DNA of 62,078 bases, filler included, from Catajapyx aquilonaris (lineage: Eukaryota), in the NCBI GenBank assembly GCA_000934665.2. It is 2 parts of 2 records of this genome, joined end to end, with 100 filler letters (N's around TTAATTAATTAA, not from the genome) between each part and the next. Parts side by side here need not be neighbours in the genome. Positions count along the whole stretch, not along the records: positions 31,101 to 62,078 come from KZ539179.1; 1 more part is not named here. One strand, written 5' to 3'. Position numbers and translations under genes: made by a program. The notes below the pieces were generated by a model. The model searched no databases and was not told the DNA's origin. It saw only the letters and a list, made by a program, of their open reading frames with translations. Position 1 is the stretch's first letter; each line of letters begins with the position of its first letter. Shown here in pieces: positions 53,504 to 62,078 of the stretch.

Positions 53504-56188
53504 TTACCAGTATGGGGTACGTTTTTCGGGATGCTCATTCGGGTCCTTGCAGCAATTCTGACACATTAGTGCCTCACATATGGTGCAAAGCTTCATAGAT
53601 CTCTTGTTGCATGTGAGACATTTCCCCCGCTTCCTTGCATCCGCATAAAAATGCCCGGCCAGCGGAACATCCAGCCGGTAGTCCGCCCTGTGTTTGTTCG
53701 TGGGTGGCTCTCCGGGGGTGGAGAGTAGGGCAGTCCTTTTTTCAGGATGGTGATGCGTGTCCTTGTAGCACTCATCACACATGAGCACCTCACATATGGA
53801 GCATATCCTTGCTGTGTTCCTCTTGCATGGGAGGCATTTTCCCCGCTTCCTTGCATCCGCATAAAAATGCCCGGCTAGCGGAACATCCGGCCGGTAGTCC
53901 ACCCTGTGTCTCTTCACCGGTGGCTGTCCAGATGTTGAGGGTAAGGAAGGTGATGGTGATGGAAGGGAAGGCAACCGTGAGCAGGGCTGCCGCTTGATAC
54001 TTGTCCATTCTTCCACCAGAGCATAAGAGCCAGAGCCTTCCTCACGTCCTTGGATGGTATCTTGGGCTTTTTGACCCTCATGATTACCCACAAATTGTGG
54101 ATGCACATGTCTACTAACCGCCAGAACACCTTTTTCCACCACTTCACTGTACGGTGCTCCAGTGGATAGTAACTTAGCATTTGATCCACCCTATCAACAC
54201 CACCCATGTACTTATTATACTCCATCACAGCCACCGGTTTTGAGACAGTTTCAAAGATGCTACTGGCCCCACCTGCTGCTGCAGCCTGGCCTGCTGGCAC
54301 TGCTGCACGAGCTCTCCTGCCCTTGACTCGTCTGCGACGGCGTGTGACCTGTTGCATGCCTGCGCCATGGATGGTTGTCAGGAAGTGGACCGCCTGCTTG
54401 TCGGCCCACTTCCCAAGCAGGATGTCCCCAGCCCGCATGAAGATGACTTCCCCATCTTTTACTGGTGGCAACTTGGGCATGCCCGCCCGAATCTCCTTTA
54501 CGGTCCCACATACCAGCGTGTTGACAGTCAGCAGATCTCGTACAAGCCTGCAAAAGGTAAATTGTTTTATCGTTGGGAACAAACCAAAAAAAAATGTATA
54601 AATGGCATGCTCGATGATGCAGTTAGCAGAAAATGAAAGGAGATGGACTTACGTTGGGCTGGTATAAAAGTTGTCGGTGTACAGGTGGTGGCCTTTGTTG
54701 ATGTAATCTGCCATCAGGTCCTGCACAACTCTGTAGGCCAACCCTTTTTCCATGCCCAGTTCCGATTGCCCAGTGTAGATTTGGAAATTGAGCATATAAC
54801 TAGAATTGGCATCTGCCAGGACCCAAATCTTTATTCCCCTCTTCGTGGGCTTCATTGGCATGCACTGTATAAATCCTGCAAGTTGAGACGTTAATTTCGT
54901 CAAATGTTAACATTTTCTAATGATTTTAACTTTGTTCCATAATTTCAGCTTACCAAGCCTGGCCTTCGTCCCCAACATCATCTCATCGATGGACAGCTCC
55001 TTTCCCGGAGAAAACTGCTTCGGAATGCTGTGCAGTAGAGCATCGATGAGTGGGCGAACCTGCAATACGTAAACAACGATCCAAGTATTAGTGATGATTC
55101 AGTCAAAGCTGGATTCCAATCGCAAGGTATAGGCAATAATTCAAGCGTGCTGCCCCCAGGTCTACTATTTGTAAGAAGCACAGCTCACCTTGTAGAGTTT
55201 GTCCCGGAGAGGATCTTTTGCGGACGGTTCTTGGCTACTGTCATTACAGTGCAAGGCACTTGATATGTCCCTGTATCTTGTCCGTGACATTATAGAGGAG
55301 AACCAGGGAGTGCTGCACATGGGGTCAGTTGTCCAGTTCTCCTCTATGCAGCTCTTTCCTATGAGGCCAATTGCAATGCTGACACCCAGATATGCCTTCA
55401 GCTCGGGGATTGTCAGTTCGCTCCACTTGATCATGTTCTTTCTCGCTTTCAGCTCCTTTTCTGTCTGAACTGCATAGAGATTTGTCTGCTCCACAATCTC
55501 ATCCAGCACCTCGACAGGAAGAAGACGGTGGAAAATATCCAGGATACGTTCCTCAGGATCTTCATTGAGCTTCTGGATTGTGGGCTTATCCCCAGTGTAC
55601 GGGTTGGTGTTGTTGGGGTTGACGAGGAAGTCCACAGCATTATCCCATTTCCACTCTTCGTCTGTCCCCTTGATTTTTTTTCCAGGTCCCCTGGTTACAT
55701 TGCACTTGCCTTTGCCCTTGCCAAACCCGCTTGGCCCCTGGCTGTCTGCCGGAGAAGAAGCTCGGCGCTGGTCACCCCCGGAGGAAGTGCTTGCTCCCTG
55801 GCTGTCTGCAGCTGAAGAAGCTCGCCGCTGGCTGTCCGTGTCAGAAGTGACTGGGCCCTCACAAGCAGCATCTAAAGTAGATGGTAAAGAATCATTATTG
55901 CAATGCAAAAAATATTGCAAAAAAAGATGGTATTAAAATCATACTTGACGTTAAATGTGAAATAGAGTAATCACTGAAATACATACCAACTGCCTCTTGG
56001 ACCTCTGGTTCTTCAGCTTCTATCACACCCTCTGCAAGTAGGAGATCAGGATCCTGGTTGAGCGGGTTATTGTGGAAGATGGGGTCCTCCTGTTGGGCAG
56101 GTTCTTCCTCATCATCTTCTGAATCTTCCTCTTCACTGGTCAGGAGAATCGTGATTTCCCTCGCGTCAAGGTGTTTCTGTCCTGCCAT
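53504..56188 (-). CDS. piggyBac-family DDD transposase / PGBD-like gene, 5 coding exons, duplicated C-terminal Cys-rich domain, apparent 2-nt frameshift near 54027
   Basis: Exons 56188-55987, 55871-55189, 55059-54954, 54875-54653, 54547-onward, all GT-AG and in phase; motifs IVEQTNLYA, ELKAYLG, MSRTRY, DKLYKVRPLID, LSIDEMM, KPTKRGIKIW, YTDNFYTS, CGTV, W.DK..V..LTT.H, KP.AVMEYNKYMGGVDRVDQ, KWWKKVF; 615 aa as assembled (stop 53914), 751 aa if the frameshift is repaired (stop 53504). Confidence 0.92.
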
Positions 56189-57805
56189 AATGGCCTAACA
56201 GCTGGTCCAGATGATGGGAGAGGACCCGTGGAGAGGACCATTCCCGTTGGCAAAGCTCTCTGGCGGCCACCTCCTCGGTCCCCACACTCAGAAGAAGCGC
56301 TCATTCAAACAGAATACCGTATAAAATATCGCAATGTGCACTTCATCCAGTTTGCAGCAGATTTAGTCAGGGTATTAAGTGCTTCTCTAGAAAACGCGTA
56401 CATCATACATGTAAGAATGTAACCCAAGATCGTGTGGAAGCATACCGGAAGCAAAAAATAAAACAACAAACAAACAAACAAACAGAACAAAAAAAGATAT
56501 GAATGGGTAGCCATTCCAGCGGTGAAGGGGATTCAAATAAGATTCCATCATTGGTTCGTGGACAATTGATATACAATAATGACACTGACATATATCGATA
56601 CTTCTCCTGCTGACAAGCGGAATTAACTGCTATTTAAATACTGTCCCCTACTGTACAATAAAATTCCCCGAACATATCTCCACTACACACGGGGCTAACA
56701 AAGGTTTTTGTTTAAGGCCCTTTTTCATTTCCAAAGCGGAAAAGTAAGCAGAAAGAGACAAAAAAGAGAGAGGAAACTTAATAACCTTTAGGGGGTTACC
56801 GAGTATATCACAAAATATAATCAGCACAACCGTCACGTTTACCGTAACAGATCATTGCGAAATATGCGCATTTTGACCAAAATATGGAAGATTGGAGATT
56901 ATTTTTGAAAGTGACTGTAGGCTACCATTATATAAGGCAAATGTATGCATTACATAACAGTGCATTATTCCAAAAGCATGAGTTTAAAATGTCATATTGG
57001 TTTTCAGAACGGTTCCGGACATAGCCTACGTGTATACTCATTGAAAGCAATGGAAAAAGTGCATCTTCCTATGAATGTTATATTTGGGTACCCCTTAAAT
57101 GAAATCCCCTCAAAAACGCACTCGTAAAAAACGCGCCAAGTCTTCCGCCGAAAAAACCTGTGAGATAGTTTGGTCTGGGCGCCAAGCCTTGTCCACTCCG
57201 CCGTACAAAGTCGTGAGATCGTGGTGGACGCCAAGCCTTTCTTCGAGGCTATAAGCTAAGTGAGATGACTTGGCCGGACTTGGTTCACGGGCACGAGGAA
57301 CAATATACGCGTTCCTTTCACTGGATTTAGGTAAAGTTACTGTTCTCCCAATTTTAGCTGTACGACTTTCAAGTCTAATTAACGGCGATTGTAATCATGT
57401 GCGGTTCGAAGGTTACATTTTGTAGTTCTTGTGATACGAATCAGAGGTCCAAGTTGAACGACATTTACATTTCTTATCAATGTAGTACTTTTTACAACTA
57501 CAACTTACGAATCCCTGCAGCCACAGTATATGAATGTTACAGAAGGAAAATCTGATAAAGGAATGGGCCTAGTCACATCCTGTACTTTCTTCAAGTTTCC
57601 TTTTGTGGTCACCCGTAATCAGGGACTGAAGGCTTCAGTGGAAGATGAGAAGATATTACTTTGCGCACTGCATGAAATAAATGCAAGCAGGTTGAATCAG
57701 AGCAGGTATTTCGTTTCATGGAATCGTATAGGCACTCAGGTTGACTGACCAGGAGTGACAACAGTAATGGGACTTTCGCAATCAATCTCAAATATTACAT
57801 GATAT

Positions 57806-57949
57806 AGTGTATTGTGAGGTCAGCAGGAAAGATTATTAAAATTATAAGAAATTGCTCCAGCTCAGATGAAATTGTAAACATTTCCGTGTTTTTACTGGAG
57901 CATTTTCAATTATTTATAACAACCTTTCCTGCTGACCTCACGATACACT
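57806..57949. mobile_element. Fold-back MITE with long imperfect TIRs
   Basis: AGTGTATTGTGAGGTCAGCAGGAAAG...TGCTCCAG pairs with CTGGAGCA...CTTTCCTGCTGACCTCACGATACACT. Confidence 0.8.
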
Positions 57950-58454
57950 TCTCAGAAGACTTCAGAAATTATCACTTTACTTGGACTTTACTTGGACATT
58001 TTCATTCGCGGCTGTCACCTCGCCTTCAATTTGGTAAGACTATGTTGCCCACATATTTGGAAACTATAGTGCAATATACGATGATTTTAACAGCATGTTG
58101 CCAGCACACAAAAACCATTCCTTTCCTGCGGAGATCACAAAAGGTCACTATATCATACTGCATTGTAGCCCGGAAAATTTGTAAAGGTTATATACTACTA
58201 TATACATTATGATATTGCAATCAAAAAATCAGTTTTAGACATAATTAGACTAACAGACTAACATGATTCAAACTTTAAACAAAAACCATGACAATATTAG
58301 TGGGTTTATAAAGTGAAGTCATTTTGTAGAGCCTACTTTTTATTTGCATATAATTTATTACATGGGAATATTTTATGCTAGCACTAATATGATGAAAAGT
58401 AAAATGGGATTCTTTGGATGGTGAAATGTAAGAGAGTCCATTGCTTGTCCATGG

Positions 58455-61505
<3,051 letters not shown>

Positions 61506-62078
61506 CTATCCATTTATGAGGGAAAGAAAATAATGAGCAAAACCAATTTACCCGTAACACCATGTTTGTAAAATATTTTGACATTATATAGTCTATTCCA
61601 GTGACGTGGCACACCGCATAGGCCTACTTTACAAGTATACCGTAGTTTAGTCAGTGAGAATTCACCAATCCACATACTTACCTGTTCATGCAAAACACAA
61701 CGTATGTATTGGAAACAATTATTGTACAAGTCCTTAAATTAATTTCCAAAAAGATGGCTGTAAAATATGAAAATCCGAGTAGTACCGGCCAACTGTTAGG
61801 GTGATTTAATTATGAAATACGTTAAAATATACAGAATAACGATCTTGAGAACCATGCCATGAGACTTCGTTAAAATCGTTGTACTCCGAGAAATAAATTC
61901 ATATGCTGCTTTTCTGATACTTAGGTCACTTAGGATTACTCCCAAATTTACTTATTTCTCGAAAAGTACGACGATTTCGGCAAATTCATTTGGCACGCTT
62001 CTCAAAATTGTTATTAATTAATTAATAATTGTTAAAATTATATCTGTACTTACCCCAGCGGCGTCGTTAGGGGGCGGG

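Noticed and set aside
54060..54142. Programmed -1 ribosomal frameshift in the transposase
   Set aside because: No canonical X XXY YYZ heptamer (only G/C AAA AAG), and homology places the break later, at ALA/YAL.

Overview
Eukaryotic genomic DNA, most likely an arthropod (GT-AG introns often 55-130 nt, insect-type Rim/botv/Pvr sequences), with three assembly gaps. One gap (31001-31100) is an artificial N44-TTAATTAATTAA-N44 contig linker. Left of it there is only the first coding exon of a Golgi class I alpha-1,2-mannosidase (+) followed by about 19 kb of intron-like DNA. Right of it, all on the minus strand, are the first two coding exons of Rim, a complete 13-exon exostosin-like 3 (botv/EXTL3, 920 aa, one GC-AG intron), an intron-containing piggyBac-type DDD transposase gene, and the 3' ten exons of a PVR/VEGFR-like receptor tyrosine kinase. 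The transposase gene has no visible TIRs and carries a tandemly duplicated C-terminal Cys-rich domain behind a 2-nt frameshift. Non-coding DNA holds a tRNA-derived SINE with a 13-bp TSD, several MITEs and palindromes, an R1-type RNase H remnant and several minisatellites, one of which is a 28-bp array of RFX X-box motifs beside a CCAAT/YY1/GC-box cluster. The best leads are the piggyBac-derived gene and the X-box array. All exon boundaries were derived by hand; no database searches were run.
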